NCBI GenBank assembly: GCA_051252135.1
Contig: JBPOGH010000014.1
Coordinates: 61,835 to 125,834, forward strand
Direction of reading: 5' to 3'
DNA length: 64,000 nucleotides
From: Verrucomicrobiaceae bacterium
GTDB lineage: Bacteria > Verrucomicrobiota > Verrucomicrobiia > Verrucomicrobiales > Akkermansiaceae
The notes under the pieces were generated by a model that had not been told where the DNA came from, did no database searches, and saw only the letters and a program-made list of their open reading frames with translations. Both the position numbers and the translations under genes were made by a program. Of this stretch, positions 1 to 10,746 are shown piece after piece (positions within the stretch are counted from its first letter, which is position 1; every line of letters begins with the position of its first letter).

Positions 1-1119
1 CAAACCGAGGACCTCTACCCCACCCTCATCGGAAACGGAAGCACCTGGGAAACCTACTCCTTCCCCGTCACCATCAACCCAAATGCCGACCACATCAAAA
101 TCGTCCCCCTCACAGGCGCCGGCTCCACCGTCGGTTACGATAACGTCAGCTTCGGCACCCCTCCTCCCTCCTCGAACCAGTCCTCCGCAACCACCATCTC
201 CTACGGAAAACTCGTCGAGTGGAACCCCACCAATCCCACCAGCGTCTACCAGCCGCAACTGTCCTTCGATAACACCAACTGGACCAACCTCGGACCCGAA
301 ATCGTCGGCAACACCATCTCCTCCACCTTCGATCCCTCAAATGCCAACTTCCACCGCGTCCTCGAACAACAGTTCGCGAACGAGGACGCCATCCTCAACG
401 GAAGCTTCGAGCTCGAAGGCGGCACCGACTGCGCCGAGTCTTGGACCTGCTTTACCGCATCCAACCAGCCTCCCACCCGCATCACCACCGACTTCCGCAC
501 CGGCACCGCCTCCATGCGCATCGCCGTTCAAAATAGCGCCGCCGGCACCCCCAACCAATCCGAACTCCAATACAACGTCCAGGCCGCAGGGGGCACCGTA
601 ACCCCCGGAAACACCTACGACTTCTCGTTCTGGGCCAAGCAAATCAGCAGCGGAGTCAGCTACGTCCAAAACTACCGCCTCCAGTGGCTCGGTAGCGAAG
701 GCGAAATCCTCCTCGAATCCCCCGGCTTCACCGGATTCACCGGAGGAAATGGCTCATGGACCCAAATCTCCACCAACGGCATCGTTGCTCCCGCCGGAGC
801 CGCTTCCGCCTACATCCAAATCTTCGGTGCCACCGGCGCCGTCGCAGGAGCGGAAGCCAAGGGCGAAGTCCTCATCGATGACGCCTCCCTCATCACCAGC
901 TCATCGGGTCAAGGAGCACCCCTCCCCGCCATCCGTGAGAATGGCATCGGCATCACCTGGCAGGGCCAAGCCGGTAAATTCTACCAAGTCCAGACCTCCT
1001 TCGATCTCGTCAATTTTGAAGACTTCGGCCCTCCCTTCCCCGGCGGTGACCTCCGATCCTCCGTAGGTGAAGAAATCAACTTCCTCGGTAGATTCTACCG
1101 CGTCGTCGAACTTCCTTAA
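1..1119 (+). CDS. 5'-truncated secreted protein with carbohydrate-binding-module-like (CBM4/9-type) jelly-roll domains and C-terminal S-x-D-L..F-Y-R module
   Basis: Frame of ORF 514..1119 is open back to base 1 (QTEDLYPTLIGNGSTW...); 'ILNGSFE' CBM-like start; ends YQVQTSFDLVNF...FYRVVELP*. Confidence 0.75.
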   Translation, partial: QTEDLYPTLIGNGSTWETYSFPVTINPNADHIKIVPLTGAGSTVGYDNVSFGTPPPSSNQSSATTISYGKLVEWNPTNPTSVYQPQLSFDNTNWTNLGPEIVGNTISSTFDPSNANFHRVLEQQFANEDAILNGSFELEGGTDCAESWTCFTASNQPPTRITTDFRTGTASMRIAVQNSAAGTPNQSELQYNVQAAGGTVTPGNTYDFSFWAKQISSGVSYVQNYRLQWLGSEGEILLESPGFTGFTGGNGSWTQISTNGIVAPAGAASAYIQIFGATGAVAGAEAKGEVLIDDASLITSSSGQGAPLPAIRENGIGITWQGQAGKFYQVQTSFDLVNFEDFGPPFPGGDLRSSVGEEINFLGRFYRVVELP

Positions 1120-1292
1120 CTACCATTCCCCCCCCTTGCTGCTCACGCGGCAGGCCCCCCCTCCAAGCCTCGGGCTGGCTGCGCATTTCGCGCTCCTCCT
1201 CGGGGTTTTTTGTCGTCGGATCACTCGTCCCACCACCACCCTCCCACAAATCCCGTGTTCAATTTTTCCCCTTTTGCATACATTCCCCTCCC

Positions 1293-4200
1293 ATGATCCT
1301 CCTCCGCACCACAATTGGACTCCTCCTCTCGTTGTCCTCCGTCCACGCCGAGCTCGCGATCACCGAATTCTCCGCCAACCCCGACGAATCCCTCCCGGAC
1401 ACCGACGGCGACTTCCCCGACTGGATCGAAATCCAAAACACCGGAGCCTCCCCCCTCTCCACCGCCGGATACACCCTCACCGATCAACCGGCTTCCCCCA
1501 ACCTCTGGATCCTCCCCGATCTCACCCTCCAACCAAACGATTTCCTCCTCATCTTCGCCTCCGGTAAAGACCGCACCAACCCCGCCGAACCCCTCCACAC
1601 CAACTTCTCCCTCGCCTCGGATGGCGGCCACCTCGCCCTCCACGCCCCCGATCTCACGCCCCTCTCCTCCTTCACCTACCCCCAGCAAGCCTACGGATTC
1701 TCCTCCAATTCCTCCGGATTCTTCGCCACCCCCACCCCCGGCCTCGCCAACGGCCCTGTCGATTTTACCGACTACGTCCGCGACACCAAGTTCAACCCCG
1801 ACCGCGGATTCTACGACGCCCCCTTCCCCCTCACCATCACCTCCGCCACCCCCGGCGCCACCATCTATTTCACCACCGATGGCTCCGCTCCCTCTCCCAC
1901 CAACGGCACCCTCTACTCCGGCCCCATCGAAATCACCACCACCACCGTCGTCCGCGCCCTCGCCACCAAACCCGGCCTCCTCAGCAGCAATGTCGACGCC
2001 CACAGCTACTTCTTCCTTCAGGACGTCATCACCCAGCCCTCATCCATCACCGGATTCCCCGACACCTGGGGAATCGATGACTCCACCAGCAACGGCGCCA
2101 CCAACCTCCCCCGCCCCGCCGACTACGAGATGGACCCGCGCGTCATCGCCCAATTCGGCGCCCCCGAAGCCATCGCCGCCCTCCAAAACCACCCCACCAT
2201 CTCCGTCGTCATGGACCCGGACCACCTCTGGAATGAATCCACCGACTCCGCCACCGGAGGCATCTACCCCAATCCCTACGGCGGCACCGGAAACCAATTC
2301 CGAACCGGCTGGGGAGAACCCCGCGATTGGGAACGCCCCTGCTCCGTCGAATTCATCGGATTCCCGAAAGTCCCCGGCAAACAGGTCAACGCCGGCATCC
2401 GCATGGCCGGAAACTTCGCCCGCCATCCCAACCGCTACAAACACCACTTCCGCCTCACGTCTCGCCGCGAATACGGCCCCTCCAAGTTCAAAGGCGAACT
2501 CTTCTCCCGCACCGAGGTCGATACCTTCGATGACTTCATCCTCCGCGGCGGAAACAGCGAAGCCTGGACCTTCCCCGGCTCCTCCGGCAACGGACCCGGC
2601 ACCCGCGCCAACGTCCAGTACGTCCGTGACCAATTCTACAAGGACGCCCAAATCGACATGGGAAATCTCTCCGCTTCCCAGGAATACTTCCACCTCTACC
2701 TCAATGGCGCCTACTGGGGCTTCTACACCCTCATCGAGCGCGTCGATGCCCACTTCCTCTCCCAACACCTCGGCGGCGAGGAAGAGGACTTCGATGTCAT
2801 CAAGCAAGCCAATGTCCTCAGCGATGGCAGCAAGGACGATTGGGAAGCCATGTACGCCATCTCCCGCGCCGGCGTCTCAACCGAAGAAAATTACAACGCC
2901 ATTCAGGAGTATCTCGATCTCGACAACTTCATCGACTACATGATCTTCAATTTCTGGGCTGCCACCGTCGACTGGCGAAACAACTGGCGCGCCGGACGCC
3001 GCAGCCGCAATGCCGATGGCTTCGGCTTCCAGTTCTACAACTGGGATGGCGAACGCGGCCTCGGAGACCAAAGCGGAAACCGCACCTACACCTTCAACAG
3101 CGCACAATCCTCCCGCTCCTGGACCTATCACCCCAACGAGATGCACCACGATCTCAAGCTCAATCCCGAGTATCAAATCCGCTTCGCCGACCGCGTCCAA
3201 AAACACCTCTTCAACAACGGCACCCTCTCACCTGAACGCGCCGCCCTCCTCTACAACGCCCGAGCCGAAGAGGTCCGCCCCGCCCTCATCGTCGAGTCCG
3301 CCCGCTGGGGCGACCGCCAACGCCCGTCCAATCCCTACACCACCGAAAACGAATGGCAGGACATGCTCGACTACCTCAACAACACCTTCTTCCCCCTGCG
3401 GAACCCCGTCGTCATCCACCAACTCCGTGTCGAGGGCGTCTTCCCTAACATCGATGCCCCATCCTTCAACCAACACGGCGGCACCATCCCCGATGGCTTC
3501 CCCCTCCTCATCTCAAATAACGGAGGCACCACCTACTTCACCGTCGATGGCTCCGATCCCCGCCTCCCCGGCGGAGACATCAACCCCGCCGCCATGATCG
3601 CCACCGGCGGAACCCTCACCTCCACCCCCATCACCCGCGGTGATGACTGGCACTTCAACGCCGATGACCTCGACATCGGAAACACCTGGAAAGACTTCTC
3701 CTTTGACGCCACATCCTGGTCCTCCGGCCCCACCCCCATCGGCTACGGAGGCGTCACCAACACCGTTCACGCCACCGACCTGAGGGAGCTGACCGACACC
3801 CCCCTCGGAACCATCTACTATCGCAAAACATTCACCATCGAGAGCGCCATCGACATCCTCGGCGCAACCATCGAAGCCAATATCGATGGCGGAGCCGTCT
3901 TCTACCTCAACGGCGTCGAAGTCCTCCGCGATAACATGAACGACGGCCCCGTCACCCACCTCACCCGCCCCTCCTCGGATGGCAACGAGGGCGTCTACGA
4001 CTCCTTCACCATCCCCCACCAACACTTCCTAGATGGCACCAATGTCCTCGCCGTCGAAGTCCACAACTCCTCCCCCACCAGCAGCGACATCGTCCTCGAT
4101 CTCGACCTCGCCATCACCACCATCGGCACCCCTGATTTCAATCTCTCCACCGCTTCCACCGTCAAGTCACGTGCCCTCGAGAACACCGAATGGAGCGCCC

Positions 4201-4943
4201 TCACCGAAGCCACCTTCTTCCTCGGAGAACCCGCCTCCGCTCAAAATATCGTCATCTCCGAACTCCTCTACCAACCCATCGGCCAGGCCGAAAACGAGTT
4301 CATCGAACTCCTCAACATCAGCGATTCCCCCGTTAGCTTCGCCAATGTCAAATTCACCAACGGCATCTCCCGCGACTTCGAGTTCGACCTCGTCCTCGCA
4401 CCCGGTGAACGACTCGTCATCGGAAAAAACCGCCCCCTCAGCTACGGCGGCATGATCCGAAACTCCGGCGAATCCCTCCGCCTCGAAGCAGCAGACGGCA
4501 GCCCCATCTTCGACATCAACTACCGCGCAGACGACTCCTGGCCTCGCGGACACCTCTTCACCGGATACTCCATCGTCCTCGCCAACCCCTTCTCCGCTCC
4601 CGACCCCTCCAAATCCGAAAACTGGCTCCTCAGCGCCACCATCACCGGAACCCCCGGCACCAGCGACTCCATCACCCCCTCCCCCGGAGCCGACCTTCAG
4701 GAATTCTTCTTCGGCGGAGCCTTCCCGGAAATCACTCTCATCGACGGACAACCCCTCGTCAGCATCCCCCGCATTCCGGGAACCGATGGCGCCGTCATCT
4801 CCCTCGAAACCTCCTCCGACCTCACCACCTGGCAACCCGGCGGCACCTTCGCCGGCTTCGACGCCCAAAACAACATGATCTGGTCGCTCTCCGCCCCCAC
4901 CGGAAAAAACTTCGCCCGCATCCGCATCACCCTCACTCCATAG
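1293..4943 (+). CDS. Secreted lamin-tail-domain / CHB_HEX_C(FN3-associated) / CotH kinase-family protein
   Basis: Signal peptide; LTD motifs 'ITEFSA..DWIEIQN' and 'ISELLYQP..EFIELLN'; 'IYFTTDGSAP'; CotH-like 'HLYLNGAYWGFYTLIERVD', 'NWDGE'. Confidence 0.85.
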   Translation: MILLRTTIGLLLSLSSVHAELAITEFSANPDESLPDTDGDFPDWIEIQNTGASPLSTAGYTLTDQPASPNLWILPDLTLQPNDFLLIFASGKDRTNPAEPLHTNFSLASDGGHLALHAPDLTPLSSFTYPQQAYGFSSNSSGFFATPTPGLANGPVDFTDYVRDTKFNPDRGFYDAPFPLTITSATPGATIYFTTDGSAPSPTNGTLYSGPIEITTTTVVRALATKPGLLSSNVDAHSYFFLQDVITQPSSITGFPDTWGIDDSTSNGATNLPRPADYEMDPRVIAQFGAPEAIAALQNHPTISVVMDPDHLWNESTDSATGGIYPNPYGGTGNQFRTGWGEPRDWERPCSVEFIGFPKVPGKQVNAGIRMAGNFARHPNRYKHHFRLTSRREYGPSKFKGELFSRTEVDTFDDFILRGGNSEAWTFPGSSGNGPGTRANVQYVRDQFYKDAQIDMGNLSASQEYFHLYLNGAYWGFYTLIERVDAHFLSQHLGGEEEDFDVIKQANVLSDGSKDDWEAMYAISRAGVSTEENYNAIQEYLDLDNFIDYMIFNFWAATVDWRNNWRAGRRSRNADGFGFQFYNWDGERGLGDQSGNRTYTFNSAQSSRSWTYHPNEMHHDLKLNPEYQIRFADRVQKHLFNNGTLSPERAALLYNARAEEVRPALIVESARWGDRQRPSNPYTTENEWQDMLDYLNNTFFPLRNPVVIHQLRVEGVFPNIDAPSFNQHGGTIPDGFPLLISNNGGTTYFTVDGSDPRLPGGDINPAAMIATGGTLTSTPITRGDDWHFNADDLDIGNTWKDFSFDATSWSSGPTPIGYGGVTNTVHATDLRELTDTPLGTIYYRKTFTIESAIDILGATIEANIDGGAVFYLNGVEVLRDNMNDGPVTHLTRPSSDGNEGVYDSFTIPHQHFLDGTNVLAVEVHNSSPTSSDIVLDLDLAITTIGTPDFNLSTASTVKSRALENTEWSALTEATFFLGEPASAQNIVISELLYQPIGQAENEFIELLNISDSPVSFANVKFTNGISRDFEFDLVLAPGERLVIGKNRPLSYGGMIRNSGESLRLEAADGSPIFDINYRADDSWPRGHLFTGYSIVLANPFSAPDPSKSENWLLSATITGTPGTSDSITPSPGADLQEFFFGGAFPEITLIDGQPLVSIPRIPGTDGAVISLETSSDLTTWQPGGTFAGFDAQNNMIWSLSAPTGKNFARIRITLTP

Positions 4944-4945
4944 TT

Positions 4946-6331
4946 TTGAAAAAACTCCTCCTCTCCCTCTTCGCCCTCACCACCCTCTCCAGCGTGGCCG
5001 GGCACCCCATGCTCCCGAAAAAAATCATCCTCATCATGGCCGATGACCTCGGCCTCGAAGGACTCGGCTGCTACGGCGGAACCGACTACGAAACGCCCCG
5101 CCTCGACCAGCTCGCCGCCGAAGGCCTCCGCTTCACCCACGCCTACTCCCAACCCCTCTGCTCCCCCACCCGGCTCGAAATCATGACCGGCAAGGAGAAC
5201 CACCGGAACTGGACCTACTTCGGCATCCTCCCGCCCGAGGAAAAAACCTTCGGCCACCTCATGCAGTCCTTCGGCTACCGCACCTGCATCGCCGGCAAAT
5301 GGCAACTCCAGTCCTACGATCCCCCCGACTTCCCCAACGCCGACAAACGCCGCGGCACCGGCATGCACCCCAAGGACGCCGGCTTCCACCACTACTCCCT
5401 CTTCCACTCCCTCCATACCGAGGACAAAGGCTCCCGCTACGCCAACCCCACCTACCTCCAAAACGGCACCCTTCACCGGGATGTCGATGGCAAATACGGC
5501 GAGGACCTCTCCGTCGAATTCCTCCTCAACTTCCTCTCCGAAAACAAAGACGACAAAGCCTTCCTCTACTACCCCATGGCCCTCCCCCATTGGCCCGTCA
5601 ACCCCACGCCGCACTCCAAAATTTGGAACGACGACCCCTCAAAACGCCTCGACGAAGACGACAAATACTTCCCCGACATGGTCGCCTACATGGACACCCT
5701 CGTCGGCCGCATTGTCGATGGCGTCGCAAAACTCGGCCTCCGTGACGAAACCCTCATCCTCTTCTACTCCGATAACGGCACCAACAACTCCGTCATCTCT
5801 CACCTCAATGGCGAAGTCGTCCGCGGCGGAAAAGCCACCCCCCTCCAAAGCGGCATCCGCGTCCCCCTCATCGCCCACTGGCCCGGACACCTCAAACCCG
5901 CCGTCACTTCCCAACTCGTAGAACCTTCCGACTTCCTCGTCACCCTCGCCGAACTCTCAGGAAAAGAGGTCCCCGCCGACTGGCAACACGACGGCACCTC
6001 CTTCGCCCCCGCCATCCACGGCCACCCCGGCGCCCGCCCCCGCGACGCAGCCTTCTTCTGGTATGACCCACGCCCCGGCTGGGATAAAATGGCCTTCAAA
6101 CGCCACATCTTCGCCCTCGATCACCACTACAAGCTCTTCACCGACGGCCGCCTCTACGCCATCGACGGCCTCGGCTACAAAGAAGAACTCCTCCACCCCG
6201 CCGACCTCTCCCCCGAGGCCACCGCCGCCAAAGCCAAGCTCGAAAAAGTCATCGCCACCATGATGCAACCACCCCTCTCCCCCGCCGCCCAAACCGAAGT
6301 CGACACCTTCGGAAACCCCATCAAAAAATAA
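4946..6331 (+). CDS. Formylglycine-dependent (S1, Cys-type) sulfatase
   Basis: TTG start, signal peptide, 'IMADDLG', CSPTR, 'AGKWQL', 'SDNG'. Confidence 0.92.
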   Translation: MKKLLLSLFALTTLSSVAGHPMLPKKIILIMADDLGLEGLGCYGGTDYETPRLDQLAAEGLRFTHAYSQPLCSPTRLEIMTGKENHRNWTYFGILPPEEKTFGHLMQSFGYRTCIAGKWQLQSYDPPDFPNADKRRGTGMHPKDAGFHHYSLFHSLHTEDKGSRYANPTYLQNGTLHRDVDGKYGEDLSVEFLLNFLSENKDDKAFLYYPMALPHWPVNPTPHSKIWNDDPSKRLDEDDKYFPDMVAYMDTLVGRIVDGVAKLGLRDETLILFYSDNGTNNSVISHLNGEVVRGGKATPLQSGIRVPLIAHWPGHLKPAVTSQLVEPSDFLVTLAELSGKEVPADWQHDGTSFAPAIHGHPGARPRDAAFFWYDPRPGWDKMAFKRHIFALDHHYKLFTDGRLYAIDGLGYKEELLHPADLSPEATAAKAKLEKVIATMMQPPLSPAAQTEVDTFGNPIKK

Positions 6332-6340
6332 CCACCCTTT

Positions 6341-6364
6341 GTAGCGTCGGTCGATGACCGTCGC
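6341..6364 (+). repeat. GTAG-type REP-like imperfect palindrome
   Basis: gtagcgtcggtc-gat-gaccgtcgc: GTAG followed by a hairpin with one T-T mismatch, just after a stop codon. Confidence 0.55.
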
Positions 6365-6462
6365 AAACTCCCCCCAACCAAGCCCCACAACCCAAGTTTC
6401 TGACTTTCTGCGCTTTCTGTGGTGAAAAAACCCTCAACCAAGCCTCCACCCTCTCAAATCTC

Positions 6463-7947
6463 GTGATCAAATCTCAAATCTCAAATTTCATCCCCCTTCT
6501 CCTCGCTCTCGCCGCCCCACTGCTTGCGGCTGAAAAGCCCAACCTCGTCCTCATCATCGCCGATGACATGAACTGGGACGACTGCGGCACCTACGGCCAC
6601 CCTTCCATCAAAACCCCCAACATCGACGCCCTCGCCAAATCCGGCCTCACCTACCAACACGCCTACCTCACCGCCAATTCCTGCTCCCCCAGCCGCGCCA
6701 GCATCATCACCGGACGCTACCCGCACAACACCGGAGCCGAACAACTCCACTGGCCCCTCCCCGCCGACTCCCTCACTTTCGTCGAGCAACTCAAGTCCGC
6801 CGGCTACTACACCGTCGCCGCCGGCAAATGGCACCTCGGCGAAGCCGTCAAAGATCGCTTCAACGATGTCTTCGAAGCCGACACCTCCGGCTTCATCCTC
6901 CCCACCGGCACCGATGCCAATCCCGGCAAAATGATCGCCACCTCACCCAGCGGTTGCGAAGCCTGGGTCTCCACACTCGAGAACCGACCTAAGGACAAAC
7001 CCTTCTTCCTCTGGCTCGCCGCCCTCGACCCCCACCGCGCCTACGAGGACGGAGCCCTCACCCCGCCCCACAAAGCAAGCGACATCAAAATCCCACCCTA
7101 CATGCCCGACACCCCGGAAGTCCGCGAGGACTACCGCCTCTACTACGACGAGATCGGCCGCCTCGACCAATACGTCGGCAAGGTCGTCGCCGAACTCGAA
7201 AAACAAAACCTCACCGAGAACACCCTCATTCTCTTCATCAGCGACAACGGCCGCCCTTTCCCCGGAGATAAAACCACTCTCTACGATGGCGGAATCCGCA
7301 CCCCCTGGATCGTCAAATGGCCCGCCACCATCAAGCCCAACCAGCGCACCACCAGCCTTGTCTCCTCCATCGACATCGCCCCCACCTTCACCCAACTCGC
7401 CGGCCTTAAGCCCGCCGATACCTTCGAGGGAACCTCCTTCCTCCCCACCCTCAAAGACCCCGCCGCCGTCACCCGCACCCACGTCTTCGCCGAAGACCAC
7501 TGGCATGACTACGAGGACCACGGACGCGCCATCGCCACCCAACGCTGGAAGCTCATCCACAACACCTACCCCGACCTCCCCAACACCCCTTCAGCCGACG
7601 CCGGACGTAGCCCCACCTGGACCGCGATCCAAGAACTCAAGAAGGCCGGAAAACTCACCCCCGCCCAACAGCGCTGCCTCACCAAACCCCGCGCCGAATT
7701 CGAATTCTTCGATCTCAAAAACGATCCCTTCGAGCTCAACAACCTCGCCAAAGACAAAGACTACCGCCCCCTCTTCCTCGAGTTCAAACACCTCCTCAAA
7801 AAACAATTCGAGGCCACCGGCGACTACCTCCCCTCCCAGCGCACCCCCGATGAGTTCGACCGCGAAACCGGCGACCCCGACCACTCCGTCCGCAAACGTC
7901 CCCGCCCTTCCAAGAGGGACATGTTCAACACCAACGGCCCTTACTAA
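6463..7947 (+). CDS. S1 sulfatase (sulfamidase/N-sulfoglucosamine sulfohydrolase-like)
   Basis: GTG start; 'IIADDM', CSPSR..TGRYPH, 'AGKWHL', 'DPHR', 'SDNG'. Confidence 0.92.
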   Translation: MIKSQISNFIPLLLALAAPLLAAEKPNLVLIIADDMNWDDCGTYGHPSIKTPNIDALAKSGLTYQHAYLTANSCSPSRASIITGRYPHNTGAEQLHWPLPADSLTFVEQLKSAGYYTVAAGKWHLGEAVKDRFNDVFEADTSGFILPTGTDANPGKMIATSPSGCEAWVSTLENRPKDKPFFLWLAALDPHRAYEDGALTPPHKASDIKIPPYMPDTPEVREDYRLYYDEIGRLDQYVGKVVAELEKQNLTENTLILFISDNGRPFPGDKTTLYDGGIRTPWIVKWPATIKPNQRTTSLVSSIDIAPTFTQLAGLKPADTFEGTSFLPTLKDPAAVTRTHVFAEDHWHDYEDHGRAIATQRWKLIHNTYPDLPNTPSADAGRSPTWTAIQELKKAGKLTPAQQRCLTKPRAEFEFFDLKNDPFELNNLAKDKDYRPLFLEFKHLLKKQFEATGDYLPSQRTPDEFDRETGDPDHSVRKRPRPSKRDMFNTNGPY

Positions 7948-7971
7948 CACCTCAGCCACTCTCCTTTTCCC

Positions 7972-10746
7972 GTGCACTACCTCAAATCTCTCACCCTCTC
8001 CCTAACCCTCTCGCTCGCAACTCAAGCGGCCCCCACCGCGCTCACCAGCATCGAGACCGGACACACCATCTCCCGCGTCCGCACCACCACGGACCACATC
8101 ATCGCCAGCACCTACGAGGGCACCATTCTTGCCTACCAAAAAGACGGCACCCTCGCCTGGAAGAACCCCCTCTCCGGCTACATGAACCGCGACCTCTTCT
8201 GCGCGGACCTCACCGGCGACGGCAAACCGGAAACCCTCGCTGCCAATGCCGACGGCCACCTCTACTGCCTCGACCCAACCGGCGAACTCCTCTGGAAATA
8301 CCGTCCCAATGACGCCCCCATGAACGCCGTCTGCGTCGTTCCGCATGAAGGAAAACCCCTCATCGTCTGCGGCGGCTACGATTCCTCCATCCGCTACCTC
8401 TCCCCCACCGGAGAACTCCTCGGCACCCTCCATTCCTCCGCTTACTCAAAAGAAAAATCCTGGGGGAAACCACCCGCCATCATCCCGCCCAAGTTCGTCC
8501 ACGTCGCCAACTTCCTCCGCCCCCTCCGCCTCGCCGATGGCTCCACCGCCATCGCCCTCCACGGCACCCTCAATGCCAATTCCGGCAGCGGCTCCGTCTA
8601 CCTCCTCAAACCCTTCGAAAAAAAGGCCCTCAAACACATCAAGGTCACCACCAAGGGCTCCACCGGCGACCTTCAGGTTCACGATCTCGATGGCGACGGA
8701 GCCGACGAAATCCTCCTCGGAGCCAGCTCCATCGGAAAAGACGCCGCCGTCACCCTCATCAACCTCACCAAAGACCAAGCCTCCATCTTCAAGCCCGCCC
8801 AACTCTGGAAAAAGATCGATGGATTCGGCTACCGCGTCTCCCAGTCCGAATGGATCAAGGACCTCGACCAACCCAAGCTCCTCACCCTCCACGGAAACGC
8901 CATCCTCCTTAACGATCTCTCCCTCGACCCCAAAAAAACAGAAGTCCTAAACTCTTCGTACTCCTTCAACGACATGTGGCTCGATCGCGCCACCAACCAC
9001 CTCGTCCTCGCCAGCGCCCAAAGCGGAGGCTCATGCATCCACCTTCTCAACCTCTCCCACCCCGACTGGAAGGCCTCCTACTCAAACATCGCCCCACCCG
9101 GAAAGATCGCCGCCATCCTCGCCGGATCCGCCAAAGCCCGCGAGCAACTCAAGTCCTTCACCAAACCCTCTCATGAGCGCGCGCCATCCTCCGTCTACCT
9201 CATGAATGACAAACCGGAAGACGTCCCCGCCCTCGCCGACGAACTCCGCTCCTACAACAATCTCGTCTTCCTCAACTACGCCTTCCACTCCACCGCCGAG
9301 GACTTCGACCGCTCCCACATCGAAAACGAATTCTACCGCACCCGCCGCGACGCCCGCAAAAAATACACCGCCACCCGCGAACAAGTCCTCAAGCGATACA
9401 TCGATCTCTACCAAGGCCACCCCGGCATCGCCTACTGGGGCGGACACGGAAACGATCCCTACATGATCTCCCTCGAAGCCCAAAAGCAAATCGTGGCCGC
9501 CGCCCCCGATAAGAAAACGGTCATGATCTACCCCGAGCTCGAAAGTCATACCGATGACTTCGCCACTGTTCTCGACAACCACCTCTATCCCCTGGCCGAA
9601 TTCTCCCGTGACAAAAACGGCATGATCTTCGTCCGCACCAAGCACACTTTCTGGCAATCCATCGTCTACCTGCCCCTTTGGTCGCGCCTCCTCTCCGGCG
9701 AGTTTGCCGACGTCTTCATCCCCTCCATGGAGGAAACCACCGACAAGTCCATGGAGCTCTCCCTCGCCGCCCGCACCGGCATCTGGGCCAGTGGCTCCGT
9801 CAATCAATGGGGCACCCGCTGCGCGCGCGACAACACTTCCTTCGACCGCCTCCGCGAGCACTCCCACCAAACCCTCCCCAACCACTTCCTCCGCACCCTC
9901 ATCTACCACACCTCCCACGGCGCCACCTACCTCAACAACTTCGCCGTCGATCAGGAATACCTCAGCCTTCTCTGGCAACTCATCGGAAAAGGCGTCCTCT
10001 ACGTCCCGCAACGAAACGAGATCGTCTCCTACAACCCCGTCCACCTCTCCATGACCGAACCGGACGAGCACTATCTGGACGAAGGAAACAACGTCAAGTG
10101 GATCACCTTCTTCGATGAACAAAAGGAGGCCGAAAACCCCCTCGTCTTCGGCCGCCTCAATGGCACCTGGCCCGGCGCGCCCAACACCGACTGGGATTTC
10201 TCCCGCTACGCCGCCGACGTCAAGGAACGCCGCCTCAACTTCCTCGCTCCCTACCCCCACGGACTCGTCCTCATCACCCCGCCCCAATCGGAAAGGGACC
10301 TCCCGCGCGGCCAACTCGCCGACAACCTCCACCCTCTCTACCAGGGCATCCTCAAGGAGCACCTCACCGATGGACGCAACTACTTCTCCCCCGACCGCTC
10401 CCAAACCTTCGGTCCCAAAGAGCACGCCCCATCCATCGCATCGGAGATCAAAGCCGCCGCCAAGCTCCTCCCCCTCACCGTCAGCGGAGACGTCGCCTGG
10501 GTCACCGCCCAATCCGGCCCCCAAAATCTCCGCCTCACTCTCATCGATAGCGGCTACCTCAATCCTTCCGCCAAGACCGCTACCATCACCTTCCACACCA
10601 CCACCCCGGTCAAAATCACCGACCTCCTCTCAGGCGAATCACTCGACCTCGCCAACCCCCAAAACGTCACCGCCGAAATCCCCACCGGCATGTTCCGCTT
10701 CCTCGACATTACTCTCGAAAAACCTTTCCACCCACAGTCCAAATGA
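7972..10746 (+). CDS. cglA: Lambda-carrageenase (GH150, CglA-like)
   Basis: 924 aa; N-terminal beta-propeller (SIETGHTISRVRT, STYEGT, AANADGHLYC) and segments LASAQSGGS, GHGNDPYMISL, MEETTDKSME, RLNGTWPGA, LRLTLIDSGYLNPS that match my recollection of Pseudoalteromonas CglA along the whole length. Confidence 0.9.
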   Translation: MHYLKSLTLSLTLSLATQAAPTALTSIETGHTISRVRTTTDHIIASTYEGTILAYQKDGTLAWKNPLSGYMNRDLFCADLTGDGKPETLAANADGHLYCLDPTGELLWKYRPNDAPMNAVCVVPHEGKPLIVCGGYDSSIRYLSPTGELLGTLHSSAYSKEKSWGKPPAIIPPKFVHVANFLRPLRLADGSTAIALHGTLNANSGSGSVYLLKPFEKKALKHIKVTTKGSTGDLQVHDLDGDGADEILLGASSIGKDAAVTLINLTKDQASIFKPAQLWKKIDGFGYRVSQSEWIKDLDQPKLLTLHGNAILLNDLSLDPKKTEVLNSSYSFNDMWLDRATNHLVLASAQSGGSCIHLLNLSHPDWKASYSNIAPPGKIAAILAGSAKAREQLKSFTKPSHERAPSSVYLMNDKPEDVPALADELRSYNNLVFLNYAFHSTAEDFDRSHIENEFYRTRRDARKKYTATREQVLKRYIDLYQGHPGIAYWGGHGNDPYMISLEAQKQIVAAAPDKKTVMIYPELESHTDDFATVLDNHLYPLAEFSRDKNGMIFVRTKHTFWQSIVYLPLWSRLLSGEFADVFIPSMEETTDKSMELSLAARTGIWASGSVNQWGTRCARDNTSFDRLREHSHQTLPNHFLRTLIYHTSHGATYLNNFAVDQEYLSLLWQLIGKGVLYVPQRNEIVSYNPVHLSMTEPDEHYLDEGNNVKWITFFDEQKEAENPLVFGRLNGTWPGAPNTDWDFSRYAADVKERRLNFLAPYPHGLVLITPPQSERDLPRGQLADNLHPLYQGILKEHLTDGRNYFSPDRSQTFGPKEHAPSIASEIKAAAKLLPLTVSGDVAWVTAQSGPQNLRLTLIDSGYLNPSAKTATITFHTTTPVKITDLLSGESLDLANPQNVTAEIPTGMFRFLDITLEKPFHPQSK